Part shown: positions 52,031-64,000 of the stretch, piece after piece | Layout of the letters: the number at the start of each line of letters is the position of its first letter | Position numbering within the stretch: the stretch's first letter is position 1 | Assembly (NCBI GenBank): GCA_964187785.1 | Contig: OZ076409.1 | Coordinates: 90,646,001 to 90,710,000, forward strand | Reading direction: 5' to 3' | Source of the DNA: Amphiscolops sp. MND2022 | Taxonomy: Eukaryota | Length of the DNA stretch: 64,000 nucleotides | The notes under the pieces: model-generated | What the model saw: only the letters and a program-made list of their open reading frames with translations | What the model was told of the DNA's origin: nothing | Database searches by the model: none | Position numbers and translations under genes: made by a program

Positions 52031-54918
52031 CATAAACTGTTGTTGTTTGTCAATGTATCTAATCACAATTAGTAGAAGTGCGATGGTCGTAAGACCTTCG
52101 TCGCGTTTGTTCGAATGATTACCTTAAATAAAGGTAACCGTATGTTGTGTTGCTACAAATATTTAATTATGTTGAAAGAATGCAAATTTAAATGTCTTTT
52201 TTTGTAAGTCAATGTTTATTAATAACCCAGGAAACACCTTTCCGGCATAATGTTACATCTCTAATAACTTTTTGGCCGTTTCTCTTGAGCGTTTCACTTT
52301 CCGTTTCAAATGCGTCGCTATTTTGCTTGTCATTCGTTTGTACCCCTTTCTCCAGTTTTGTTAGCTGAGAATTGAGTAAGTGTTCACGCCTAGCCTGCTT
52401 TCATTGTCAAAATTCGAGAGGATTTTATTTTTACCGCCATTTTTACGAGGGATGAAATGTGCCCAACAACGATGACGCAGGATTGTCGCAAATAAGAATT
52501 GTTTGGTGTCTTCTATTTGATAGCAAATAATCTTTCATTACATCAATTCTGAGACGTTTCTTTGTTTGAATGTATCTGCAAGTTTAGCCCAACTTTCGAA
52601 AGCTACAGTCAGTGACGTGTTTTATGACCAGAAGTGCATATAATGGTTTTCAAACTTTTTACTGTGAAACGCTTTTTTGCATTAGAACAGTGGTTGATTG
52701 CAATATATTATCAACCCTGGTGCAAAAGTTGCGAAAGACATGTGCTTGAATGAAATTGTTTGTCCTAAAGGTGAACCACGAATGATGAGGTTTGTAAATT
52801 CCTTGAAAACGTGTTCCGAAACAGCTTACAAAACCGTAATCACAGTTCCCATGACACTAACACGACACCAATCGTAATCGTGACTTAGGCCAAACAGGAT
52901 TATAGCCGCTTGAGATTATAATCGAATCTCCATGCATTTACTTTTAATTCTTTTGACGGTATTCATTTGTTACTCTACCCTTTTTTGGAAGAAATTTGAA
53001 TCTTGCACTTATCTTGCATTTTTCTTACAAAACATGGTATTCTTACAAGTTTCTTGTAAGCCGATGCCAGTCTCGCAAGAATGTTGCAAGACCACCCAAA
53101 TCTTGCAAGATTGTGAACTATAATCTTGCAAGACATCACAGTTATGATAACGTATTCGAAAGTTCCATCAATGATCAAATTTGATAACTTTTCACGAGTT
53201 TTTGTCTGGTTTTCTTCAATAAAGTACGACTCTGATCAATTTAGGTTCTTACTGTCTAATTTAAAGTCCTCAACGTGTACATAATAACAAGGGGCTATTT
53301 GTTTTCCAATGAACATGAAAACTGCAGCATTTCAAATGTCCGTTCATTTATCCTCGACTTTTCACCGAGAAGTTGAAGGCTTCATTTTTTAAAGCTTAAT
53401 TTCTCCACGAATAATAGTCGCAACTCAAATCAGTTTTTTGTTCCTGAAAGCTTTCTATCTAAAGTTTCAATTACACTATTTAGATTGGGAGTTGACGCCA
53501 CTGGATGTGATGAGAGCGCCATCCCGGCTGCGCGGGCCCCATTTCGCCGAGACCTTCAAATTCGGTTGTAAACATAGCCGAAGCTTCTTTGAAAAAACTT
53601 CTATATGTGTTTTCATTGGTGGCCAACTGTGTTGCTAGAGAGGGAGTGTAACTTAGCAAACAATTGATCAGGTATTGAAAAAAGGCAATTTTTAAATGTG
53701 ATTTTTTTCAGTTTGCACTTTTTTCCAAGTAGTTTTTTTGCCGATGTCTCGGAAAAGAATCATATTGCACGAATAACAACTCAGCGCAGTTAGTCCAATT
53801 GATTGTCGATAAAAAAGACAAAATTTTGTTTCCTATCAGTTTATTCGTGTTTCGTATATTTTCATTGATTGCAAAAGTTAGCTGTCTTTATTTGAGGACG
53901 AAATCTCTGTTGTATAATGAATAAGTTTTCAGGCCACATTACTGAAATCACACTTCTAATATGTGTTCTAGAGTTTGTAATTTCGGGTTCTTCCCAGTTC
54001 AATGAGCGAGACTGTGTATCTTTGTAGCAGTTTCCATTAAATATTAAATTGACAAAATTGAGGTGGTATGCTTAAGCAGGATTTTGCCTATTAGCATTAT
54101 TTTATTTAAAAAACAATCTGGATAAAAATTCTGGAATTGCTTTTTTGATAATGAGATTAGGGGCTAGCAGAGATGATCATTGGGTGATCTTTAATGAAGT
54201 TTTTTTTCGACTCGAAGTAAGAGTAAGTAGGTATGTAGTAAGAGTGATTCATAATTATGTACTACTTATGTATTAAAATTGCCTGATTCATACTGTGTAT
54301 GCGAATCAAGTAGCGGATTTATGAATCGACCTGTGTAATTACCAGAATCTTCTTTAATTATGACATGCACAGTGTAGGTAGTCAAATTGCATAGAATCGA
54401 TGTTCGGTGTAAACTAGTCAAGTACTGTAATTTACGATGGTGTAAACTGGTCAATTTACGAAGCTGTGTCAATTGGTGCAACGTCTTATCAATGCGTGTA
54501 ATTTGTGACAAGTGTAATGCTTCCAAAAAATATTCGCGCTCCGATTGGACAAAAATCGAACTAGCAGGATCCTGCTAGTTTGTTACCGGGATGTGTTTCG
54601 TAATGGAAAGCTCGAATTCTCTGTTGAAGCATGCAAGAATCTTGAAAGTTTGTTACTTTCCTTTCAAGAATCTTGCAATTTCAGTTCTTTTCTTCCAAGA
54701 ATCCTACCAGACAGTTTGCAAGAAAAATGCATTGTCTTGTAAAGTCTTGAAAGACGTCTTGCAAGATATTTACAAGATTTTTTTTACCTTGTAATCAACA
54801 CAACTGAAAACGTGAAAAAAATTTCTGACAAAATCGTTTCAATTGTTTTTCTCAAAATATCAAAGAAACTATTGAAAAATAAAGTAGATATGTATAATTT
54901 AAGGCAAAACAGATTGGT

Positions 54919-55716
54919 TCAAGAATTTTCACCAAGCCGACTATGTTTTATGGGCACTTCGAAAATAACGGGCTCATTAGAAGGGCGATAATGAATTGTA
55001 CAATTTGACGCATTGATGAACTTAGTGCCAGAAAGCTTGCTTTCTGTAAAACCTCTGGCTTCATGAATGTGCCCAAAAATATGGAACTTCGGTTTAACTC
55101 TGTTAATCACCGCGTCCAATAAGTACATGCATCCGGCGCGCGCTCCGGACTCGCAATGATCCAAAATTCCTAGCGGGGGTCCATGTGTTATCAAAATATC
55201 TGTATCACTGGGAATTTCATCACAAGTATGCTCGAGAGACTTTCTTGATTTTGCAAATGCTGAACTTCCAAACTGAGGTACCCATGGAGATCCATAAATT
55301 TTGTAGCCACCAATCGTAATCTCTTCATCTTCTAGATAAGTGCAGTTGCTAAGCATCGTTTGGATCAAACCTTTATTTTTCAGTCTCTCCAATCCTGCAT
55401 CATGATTCCCAGCTATCACAATTTTATGCCTACAAGAGAGAGTCCCAATCCATTCGTTGAAGTTTTGTATTTCTTTGCGGAGACCCCACATAGTAATATC
55501 TCCCGTGTGTAAAAGTACATCAACATCTTCGGGTAACCTCACCCCTTCATGCTTTCCGTGAGTGTCGGAAAGGCAAACGAATCGTAACTTTTCACTTCTT
55601 GGTATATCAGATGGTAATAACAAGTCGTTGTCGTCTAAAGGCTTCAAGTTAACTGCTTGCTCTATTTTAGCCCATGTTTCAATGTTGTCGTAAGGGTCAC
55701 AGTTGGAAAGATCCAT
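54919..55716 (-). CDS. calcineurin-like metallophosphoesterase, MPPED1/MPPED2 (239FB/AB) family, 265 aa, intronless
   Basis: All five metal-binding motifs present: RFVCLSDTH, LLHTGD, IAGNHD, LITHGPP, HIFGHIHE. Confidence 0.93.
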   Translation of the reverse strand: MDLSNCDPYDNIETWAKIEQAVNLKPLDDNDLLLPSDIPRSEKLRFVCLSDTHGKHEGVRLPEDVDVLLHTGDITMWGLRKEIQNFNEWIGTLSCRHKIVIAGNHDAGLERLKNKGLIQTMLSNCTYLEDEEITIGGYKIYGSPWVPQFGSSAFAKSRKSLEHTCDEIPSDTDILITHGPPLGILDHCESGARAGCMYLLDAVINRVKPKFHIFGHIHEARGFTESKLSGTKFINASNCTIHYRPSNEPVIFEVPIKHSRLGENS

Positions 55717-57052
55717 TGGTTACGATCGTTCTTCTAATGAATTTACTATAGTCCAAATGATATGTTTCGACGTGTTTCGTCGAGAAGATTCAGAATGACG
55801 TCATTTGTGATTATTCTCGACTGTAACGCGAAAGTTTAATATAGATACTGATGACATCAAATCTACTTTCTCTATGAGACGTAAATTTATCATGATGAAG
55901 TTGAACCCACGGTTAAGAAATGAACTTTGATGTTACCAGCATTTTTCCACAGTTAAATGACCTTTTAAAATGCAACCAGTGAATCGAGCGCTCTCTTTAC
56001 TCATGATATATATCGTGCACAAGGCTGATTATAAATTGAACGTTCTGTTGAAAAACAACATGCATATTTGGCACAGCTATTGTGAACAGAAATCGTTTAT
56101 CAACAGATTCGAACTTAGTCCATTTAAACAAGAACAACATATTTTTTCTGAATCAAAATGTCTTTCTGACAATTAGTTCGTCTGACTATAGATAAAAATA
56201 AGTAAGAAGTAACAAACTTCTAATAGAGTAAGTCGGCACTTGAAAAGCGGTCTTACAAATATGCGAAAATATTCCTTTTATGAAAAAAAATTATAAAAGT
56301 CTCAGCGCTGAAAATAACGCTTTCGGCCTAAAAAGGTTTTTTGACTAAAAATTTAAGAACAGCACATGGGTACCCTTTGATAAATTTTATCTTTTTTGAA
56401 AGAAAGATTCACAATGCCGAAAAAAACTCGAACAGGGATCCCTTGAAAATTAAGAGTTTTTTCTCACATCAAAAAGTTAAAAAGCAAAAATGGACCTTTT
56501 GATGAAATAAAAAAAAATGATGCTAAAAAAGTCTCACAGTGCCGATCAAATCACGATGCAGACACCTTTTGCTCTCTGTTAGTGCCGTAAGTCAAGTGGA
56601 AAAGTTGAATGATCAAAGAAGACATTTTGACTCATATTTGTACTTAGTCTAGACGATTATGAAAAGTGGACTTTTCGGCACGGAAATTATAATACAAAAA
56701 ACTTGCCACTGTAAGAGTGGAACTATTTTTTTTAAACTGAGTAAAAAATAGCAAAGTTTCGCGAATATGCTCTGTGGTATTCCGCTTCCTTCGGTCCTTC
56801 ATTAAGCATTAGTGTGTAATCCAAACCTGTTTCTATATCTACCAACTACAGAGAACAGCCAGACAAAGCTCTGTTAGTTCAGACGACTTCAACAGAGTGT
56901 TTTCATTTTTCTATTTCTTTTCTTCTCAGGCTGTATGCATACCAAGGCTGACATTTTTTAGCTTCTCGCTTGTTCTTGTTATGACCAGGGAAATTTCCTG
57001 CTACAACGCTTCTGTTCCTCTGGATTCTTGGATTTAATTTTGGATCTACTGT

Positions 57053-57584
57053 TTTTAGTAGGCGCATTTTAGTAGAAAATGTGCCCGACTATTACAGTGG
57101 GTAGTTTTTTTTAGACGCGTAAGGTCCACTTTTTTGTTCATTTGTTCAACAACTTCAAACCTCAACAACTTCAAACCCCAACAACTCCAACCTCAGAAGC
57201 GCGTCCAAAACGAAAAGAAAAAACAAAACAGACGTCCAAAGATCCCACCTTAGCCCCATTTTTTTCGGCACTATGCGACTTTTTTTTGAAGTTTTTTGGA
57301 TTGCATCAGAGGGTCCCCCCTTCATTTGTTTCGATATTTTGCAACACAATGGATGTCAAAAAATCGCAAAGGGTCCCCCCTTTTACATTTTCGGCACTGT
57401 GACACTGTTTAAAAATCTCATTAAAAAAATTTTTTAGGGAAATTTTTTCATGTCTCCAAAAGGTCCCCACTTCATTTTTTTAAAATTTTTTGCAACCAGC
57501 TAGAGTTTCACTAAGCCCGAAGGGTCCCCCTTTTAAATTTTGAGCCTTAGATATGGCGCCGACTTTGGCCGTTCTCGGCTTGTT
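57053..57584 (+). mobile_element. single complete family A unit (~530 bp)
   Basis: TTTTAGTAGGCGC...GTGCCCGACTATTACAGTGG to GGCGCCGACTTTGGCCGTTCTCGGCTTGTT. Confidence 0.75.
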
Positions 57585-57903
57585 GATTTCTGGTATTTGA
57601 CTTTTGTTTCTAGAAGACTGTTTTTTAGTACAAACTTGTGCTTCGGTACTAATTTCAGAGAGGTTCGTTGTTTTGACTGAACTGTTTGTTTGACTGAAGT
57701 GAAGTCTAAGTCACTTTTTTGGTAAACGTTGTCAGAGTTTTTACAATTCTCGAAACTTCTGCTCAGGATCCTTCTTCTGAATTGTGTCCCGCTCTCCGCA
57801 AACCACTTTCCTCGACCTTCCTTTTCTCTCATTACTCTTCGCTTTTTAAAGAAGTTTGACAAATGTCATGCCAGCATGATGGAAATATAATCTACTAAAT
57901 ACC

Positions 57904-58112
57904 TGTAATGTAAATATTATGTCTTATGTACTTAGATATGGGCAATATGGAGTCATATAATAAGAGCCATGGTTGTGAGTAACCCTACGTTACTTGTACC
58001 TTAATCCCTTCCCCCCCCCCTGAGTGTGAGTTATATATATTTACTTAATACTGAGCGCTCTAGTTCTGGTGTCCGCATAACTGATCTTGCCAATGGCCCT
58101 AAATGTGCTACA
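57904..58112 (+). repeat. candidate 5' LTR of the downstream Gypsy element
   Basis: TGTA...TACA termini and an internal TATA-like run; partner LTR would be outside the window; no convincing PBS. Confidence 0.35.
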
Positions 58113-58174
58113 TTTCATAAATATTGGTTTGTCACAACAAGGGAGAGAAGTGTTCCGGTCAAACTGGACCGAGA

Positions 58175-59755
58175 GATGTAGAAACGATGAAAGCTGTAAC
58201 TTCTACTAGCTCCCCGCCTCAGAGTTTGTAGTTGTGACAAATTCCACTAAATTCATCACAAATTCATCGTCGAATTTGGTGACGATGCTGACCTGATTTG
58301 AAATTTCACTTGGATCCATCAGCGCATTCAACGGTGCTTTTAACCAAAGTTCATCGCAATCCCATCCTCAAAAATTGCGAGTGAACAAAGCATGGGACTG
58401 TATACTCAGATTTCATCATAAATCCAGCAGCGGATTTTATGGGATTTATTTTAGTAAAACTCATCTTTAATTCATCGCGATATCTCATTTAGAAACTCCT
58501 GAATGTGCTTCTCATTTCTAAAGAACAGTAACTCACCCTTTATTCATCGTATTCACTAGCATAGAAGGGAAATGAGAAAGTACATCCTTAATCCATCCTA
58601 CAAAAGAGTGAAAGTGCTGGTTATCTGATTTGCTTAGTAAACCCATCCTTAATTCATCTTGATTTCGTTCGTGCTGAAAATTAACCATTTTAGTGGGTGA
58701 GTTCATCCTAAACTCATCGCTAAATTGAATTGCCTTAGTATTTGGTGTTTTAACTGGTGAGTTCATCCTAAACTCATCGCCAATTTGTATTGCTTTGGTA
58801 TTTGCTGTTTTAACTGACAAGTTCATCTTAAACCCATCGCCAAAAATTCACTTGTGCTAGAATTAGCGTTTATCGACTGAATTCATCCCGAATTCATCGT
58901 CATTTTAATCTGTGCTGGAAATTGGCAAATTATACGTGGAGTTCATCCTTTTATCATCGTCAGTTTAAATTGTGTTGATTTTCGAGCGAGAAAGACCACC
59001 ATTCATCGCATTTTCATCCAGAGCTAAACTAGACTTGAAAATCAGCAAATATTTTTACAAGTTCATCGCATTTCCATCTTCAATTTTTAAATCATTGGTT
59101 TTGGCGCTAGAATCAGCGGAAAACATCGTTTTCCCATCCCGAATTGTGCTTTACCTTAAATTGACTTGAAATTAGTGCGTTATTGAATGATTTGAGCTCA
59201 TTTTAGTTGCTATAGAAACCATGATGCTACGTGCAGGCAATTGCGACATTGTAAATTGATGACTAAACACCATTAACATATGTAGATGTACCATGATGCG
59301 TGGCCACTTTGCGGCAGTTCACAACACCGGTCACGTGACTTACCATTTTAACACCAGCTGGTAACAGCCAATGAGAGAAGGTTGGTAAGAGATTTAGCGT
59401 CTTACCAACCGAAAAGACACGTGAACTGCTGTAATTTGGACCGCCATTAGCGATTACTCAGACCGAATTGCGACAAGCTACCATCCAGTTGGATATTTCA
59501 CGCCAAAATTTACTTGACAACATATCTCTATCTCATCTCCAGAAACTATAAAGCTGAAACTGAGTAATTTCCTTGGTGCATCTACGACTGCGATGAAAAT
59601 TGGATGAATTTTCCTAACTACCTTACTAATTTCCTTCTTCTCACCTAACGACTTACTTGTTTGTACGACTTCATCTCTAAAACATCTCAGTTCAGATTAG
59701 TGAATTTGAGATCGAATAGCCATTTTATATCAGTAAAATACATCGAAACAGCATC
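58175..59755. repeat. array of CATC-N7-CATC motifs; 60-bp-period core at 58644-59138
   Basis: 17 perfect copies counted (15 forward, 2 reverse) plus 3 with one mismatch. Confidence 0.9.
59330..59552 (+). promoter_or_regulatory. candidate Pol II promoter upstream of Gypsy gag
   Basis: GTCACGTGAC 59330-59339, CCAAT 59368, 11-bp inverted repeat 59380-59410, CACGTG 59418, TATAAA 59547. Confidence 0.45.
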
Positions 59756-59799
59756 TCAGATAATCCAGTTTTCACTCATAATTCTCTCCTCTCGGCTAC

Positions 59800-61305
59800 A
59801 TGAACCCAGATCAAGGTACCGAACTTAGAAGCGGTAGAGTCATAAATTCCTCGTCAGAAACATCTTCTCCAACAGATCCAGACATGGCTCAGTCGTCCGC
59901 CAATGACTCTGACAACAACGAAACTTCAGATATCTCGTCCCAGTTGTCTGAAATAAGAGAGAACTATGAAAGGAAGATAAATGAGTTACAAAGCGAGTTT
60001 AGCCAACTGAAGAACTTGTTAATGACAGTTATTAGTAAAACCGATGAAAATAACCGGCCATCGACATCGCAAAGTTCTTCAAAGCCGGCCCACACAGTAG
60101 GGTTCGACATGGTGACAGGAGCTACAGAAACCCGCTCCACCCGCCCGCCACCCAGCTTCACAAACTTCAGGAGATACCAAGAAGACGACTCGGACGAAGA
60201 AGGCGAATCAACTCCTAGAAGCAATGACGAACGACTACTCAATGCAATCGAGACGATCCCCCAACGGATCAAAAGCACCACCACCAACACGAAACTACTA
60301 CAGACACACGTCCCAAATTTCAGAGGCCAAAAAGACAAATTCGTGGAATTTGAGCACCTTCTCCTCAACCACCTTAGCCCGCTCACCAACAAAATCACCG
60401 AGGAGAACAAACTCCACTTCTTTCAAAGCCTTTTGAGAGATGATGCAATAGAGTACTGGCAATCCATCCAGATAACGCCACTAACAACGCTGAAAGATGT
60501 GCTCGACCTCTTTAGGAAAGAATTCGCGAAAGAGGATCTTAAAGAAGTGGCTCGCTACAAGTGGGATCAAGCCCGTTACGATCCCACAACAGAGACATTC
60601 AGCGACTTCCTCAAAAACGTGAAAAAGACTGCGGAACAAGCCTTTGGGGATGAAGCGGATAAAATCATCAAAATTTTCTTGTTCGGCAAACTCCCAGTCG
60701 AAATACAACAAGAACTTACGATGGCCAATAAGGAGGAGAGCTCACCGGAAGAAATCAAGACATACTTGATGAGAAAGTACCAGTACCAGCAGTACGTCGC
60801 GCCACCTACGGCAATTCAACCATTTAACGCGGTCACCTCCTCGGCCCCAACGACCAACACAACTACTAAACCAGCAACAACGACGACAACGCAACCGACA
60901 GAACGAAAACGATTTGAGGGACAATGTTTCTACTGCGGAAAGACAGGACACCGCAAAACGGAATGTTGCGCCCGACAACGAGACGAAGCAAACGGCATAA
61001 AGAAAGAGGACGCAATCCCAATGAAGAAAGTAGCTGACCCAGACAAACCAAAATACAATCCAAAGTTGGTCTGTCAGATTTGCGGTTACACAGGCCACTC
61101 CGCAAGGGATTGCAGACGACGCGTCCCCAAGGAAAGCAGCTCTGCATATGGAAAGATGCCATACACAACGAATTCACAGGACGACAACAAGGCTAGAGGA
61201 CAAGATTTAAAACGACAGCAACAGCCGATGAATCCAATGCAAGCAATTACTGAAGACGACGAACAAATAAGCTACTCTGATGAAGACATAAATCAGGGTT
61301 TTTGA
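59800..61305 (+). CDS. Gypsy retrotransposon Gag, 501 aa, intact
   Basis: Capsid-like region (VPNFRG...KLHFFQSLLRDDAIEYW) and two CCHC knuckles, CFYCGKTGHRKTEC and CQICGYTGHSARDC. Confidence 0.92.
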   Translation: MNPDQGTELRSGRVINSSSETSSPTDPDMAQSSANDSDNNETSDISSQLSEIRENYERKINELQSEFSQLKNLLMTVISKTDENNRPSTSQSSSKPAHTVGFDMVTGATETRSTRPPPSFTNFRRYQEDDSDEEGESTPRSNDERLLNAIETIPQRIKSTTTNTKLLQTHVPNFRGQKDKFVEFEHLLLNHLSPLTNKITEENKLHFFQSLLRDDAIEYWQSIQITPLTTLKDVLDLFRKEFAKEDLKEVARYKWDQARYDPTTETFSDFLKNVKKTAEQAFGDEADKIIKIFLFGKLPVEIQQELTMANKEESSPEEIKTYLMRKYQYQQYVAPPTAIQPFNAVTSSAPTTNTTTKPATTTTTQPTERKRFEGQCFYCGKTGHRKTECCARQRDEANGIKKEDAIPMKKVADPDKPKYNPKLVCQICGYTGHSARDCRRRVPKESSSAYGKMPYTTNSQDDNKARGQDLKRQQQPMNPMQAITEDDEQISYSDEDINQGF

Positions 61306-64000
61306 TTCAGCCACGATTTCCGCCCGCTACAAATGACACGCGCGACAAACGACTTAAGACTCAACAAACAACTCACAACCGTCCAATGAAGAAATGGCAG
61401 CCTTCAGCGGACAAACGACCAAAAGCTGATGACGTCTATCAGCAAAGACTTTCCAACGATGAAAAAGCGATGGGAAATGCACGTCAACGCAACGGCAGCC
61501 GCTTTTCTCCACTCGCTGAAATCAACGATGAACAAACGATGAACTGGCAACAAAACACCATGAGGCAGGTGGACGATGCCAAAGAGATGAACACCAACCA
61601 TCAAGACGACGACTCGACTTCACACACAACAATCGACAAACGGCTTAGTATTTAAAAACATGCAAAACAAAGTAGTATTAACATTTCAAAAGCTAACAAA
61701 CATGCAACTAAAACAGAAATTCACGTTCTTAGTCCCACTTTACATTTAAACAAGAAAGATAAAATGCTGTACGTCCCTCTTCAGTTTGACAAATACGAAA
61801 ACCACGCACTGTTAGACACAGGCGCAATTCAAAGCGCATTGTCTGAAGCAGAATTTCGAAAAATAACAACGGCTCATCCAGAAGCCATCCTTCAAGAACT
61901 CCCCCCTCCGAATTTCAAAATTCAAATAGCAAACGGGAACTTAGTCCCAGTGCGTAAGCAAGTCTTACTTAGATTTTACGTTGCTGGAAAAGTCTTTGAA
62001 GAAACGTTCCTAATTCTTCCAACAATGGGCACAATTTTAATTGGAATGTCATTCTTTGAAAAGTACTCAGTCAACTTAGACATAAAAAACCACCTTGTCC
62101 ACTTCCCCAATCACATGATGTCCATGCAAGTTAGACAGCAAAAGAACAACAGATTCAAAACTGGTTTAATTGATTTGTGTTCCAGTACTAGAACAGTGAT
62201 CCCTCCTCTCCATCAAGTGATGATACAGGTCCACAGTGACGCGGACATCTCACTTACAACTGGTACAGTTGAGGGCTCACCTGGATTCATGCGAAAGACG
62301 TGGTTGCTTGTTTCCCCAGCTTTGGTTGACCTAGATGAGGGCAAGACGACAATCCAGGTCACCAACCCGAACAACCACACGTTCACACTTGATGCCAACA
62401 CCACTCTGGCACACTTTCGCATACCGACACCACATCAGGCGGCCAACATCACGCCCATGCCAGTGGAACACTTGAACTTGATCACCAAGTACCCAGACGA
62501 GGCGGAAGCAGTGATCAACCAATTGTTCGTGAACCCTGACATGAAGTCAACAAAGTGGTACCCAACCCCAGAGACGTGCAGTGACCCAGACAAACTCAAC
62601 GCAATTGAACGACGAATCTACGATGAGATTCTGGCAATGCGAGAACTCGAGAAGCTTGTCCCGTCCCAATCCGATGAACAACGGATGAACTTCCTGAAGA
62701 ACTTCACCTGGGACGACTCACTTCTTACTCCGTCTCAATGGTTACAGGTAGAGGAGTTGCTGGTAAAGTACAACTCCATTTTTGCTAGACATCGTTTTGA
62801 TATTGGCATGAACACTGATTTTAAATTTAAGTTAACACCCCAACATGAAGAACCTGTTTATTCACAAAGTCTCCCTACTCCGACAAATTTGAAGGACGAT
62901 TTGCTCGTGGAGTTAGCCTTAATGCAAGAGTACGGGATTATAACTACCTTGCCTCATAGCAAATACTCATCTCCGATATTTGCTCAACGTAAACCTAATG
63001 GTAAATTGAGGATTTTAGTTGACTTGAGAAGAATAAACCACTTGATCAAAAACGATTACGGTGAACACAACCATCCCGTAACCACAATTGCTGACGCTGC
63101 CCAACACATGGCCGGGAAAAAGTACTTCTGTAAACTTGATTGTTCCCAGGCCTACCATTGCATTCCAATGGCCGATGAGCAGTCTGTCCAACTGTTATCG
63201 TTTAATTTTGGTTCTAGAACTTTTGCCTTTTTACGTCTAGCACAGGGTCTTAATCGTTCTTTGTCAGCATTTACAAGTGTAGTCTGTGAGTATTTGGACC
63301 CCTTGGTCAAAGCGGACCGATGTGCTCAATATGTTTATGACATTGGAATTGCAGCACACACTCCTGAAGAACTGATTAATAACCTTGAACTTGTTTTTCA
63401 GCAGTTGAACAAAGCTGGTCTTAAACTTAGCATGAGTAAATGTGAATTTGGACAAAAGTAAATTGAGTACCTGGGCAAAACTATTTCTAGCACCGGTGTT
63501 GCTCCCATTGAAAAACGCGTAACAGACTACTTGACCAAGTTGAAACCCCCCAATTCAGTGAAAGCGTTGCAACGTTATCTTGATTTTGTAAACTTTTACA
63601 GGTCTTATATTCCCCGCCTAGCTGATAAAACTTGTTGTTTACAGGAATTGATCAAGAAGGACGTCCCTTTCAAGCTGAGCCAACAACATAAAGATGCTAT
63701 TTTTGAAATCAATGAAAGTTTGTTAAAAGCAACAAAAGTGTCTCTGAAATTGCCATTACCTGATAAACAATTGGTAATCATGTGTGACGCCAGCGAACAC
63801 GCTGCCGGCTATGTTTTGTTAATTGAGGATTATGCTGACCCGTCAGTCAAACAAACATACGCCCCCGTTGCATTTGGCTCTAAGAAATTTCAGGGCGGCC
63901 AGATGTCTCTAACAATGTATGCCAAAGAGTTTTTAGCTATGCACTTTGCCTTCGATGAATTTGGCCACATTTTGTGGGGTGCGAAAAAACCCATCATTGT
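61296..64000 (+). pseudogene. Gypsy Pol (protease, RT, RNase H; runs off the window), inactivated
   Basis: Lies in the -1 frame from gag; ALLDTGA, LRILVDLRRIN, KLDCSQAYH, MCDAS; in-frame TAA at 61653 and 63459; RT catalytic motif reads YVYD instead of YVDD. Confidence 0.93.

Noticed and set aside
52990..54790. TCTTGCAAGA-rich patches at 52990-53135 and 54630-54790 as the ends of one transposon
   Set aside because: The motif is self-palindromic, so orientation is uninformative; no TIR or TSD could be defined.
58533..58826. Minus-strand 97-aa repeat protein
   Set aside because: By-product of the 60-bp period; the same frame has many stops in adjacent units.
58644..59138. CRISPR array
   Set aside because: Eukaryotic context, no cas genes, only 8 invariant bases per unit, and spacers retain traces of mutual homology; reported as a motif array instead.

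Overview
AT-rich, intron-containing eukaryotic (animal) DNA, about two-thirds transposon-derived; the repeat landscape reminds me of acoel flatworm genomes, but that is an unverified impression. Host genes: a partial spliced monoglyceride-lipase-like gene (+), a complete two-exon IFT56/TTC26 (-), a multi-exon coiled-coil gene with a probable GC-AG intron (+), and an intronless MPPED-like metallophosphoesterase (-). Mobile DNA: a complete 9.16-kb BEL/Pao LTR retrotransposon (249-bp LTRs, 5-bp TSD, disrupted gag-pol), a decayed CR1/L2-type LINE with SGNH ORF1 and a 2A-like motif, one decayed and one near-intact Gypsy element (the latter cut by the window end), hAT remnants, MITEs, and two families of Helentron-like non-autonomous elements. 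The most unusual signals are: (i) about 20 CATC-N7-CATC motifs upstream of the Gypsy gag, nine of them at an exact 60-bp period with divergent spacers; (ii) an extra, possibly SGNH-fold ORF and four related stem-loops in the BEL leader; (iii) Helentron-like elements carrying a tRNA-Gly-derived Pol III cassette. All alignments and counts were done by eye.
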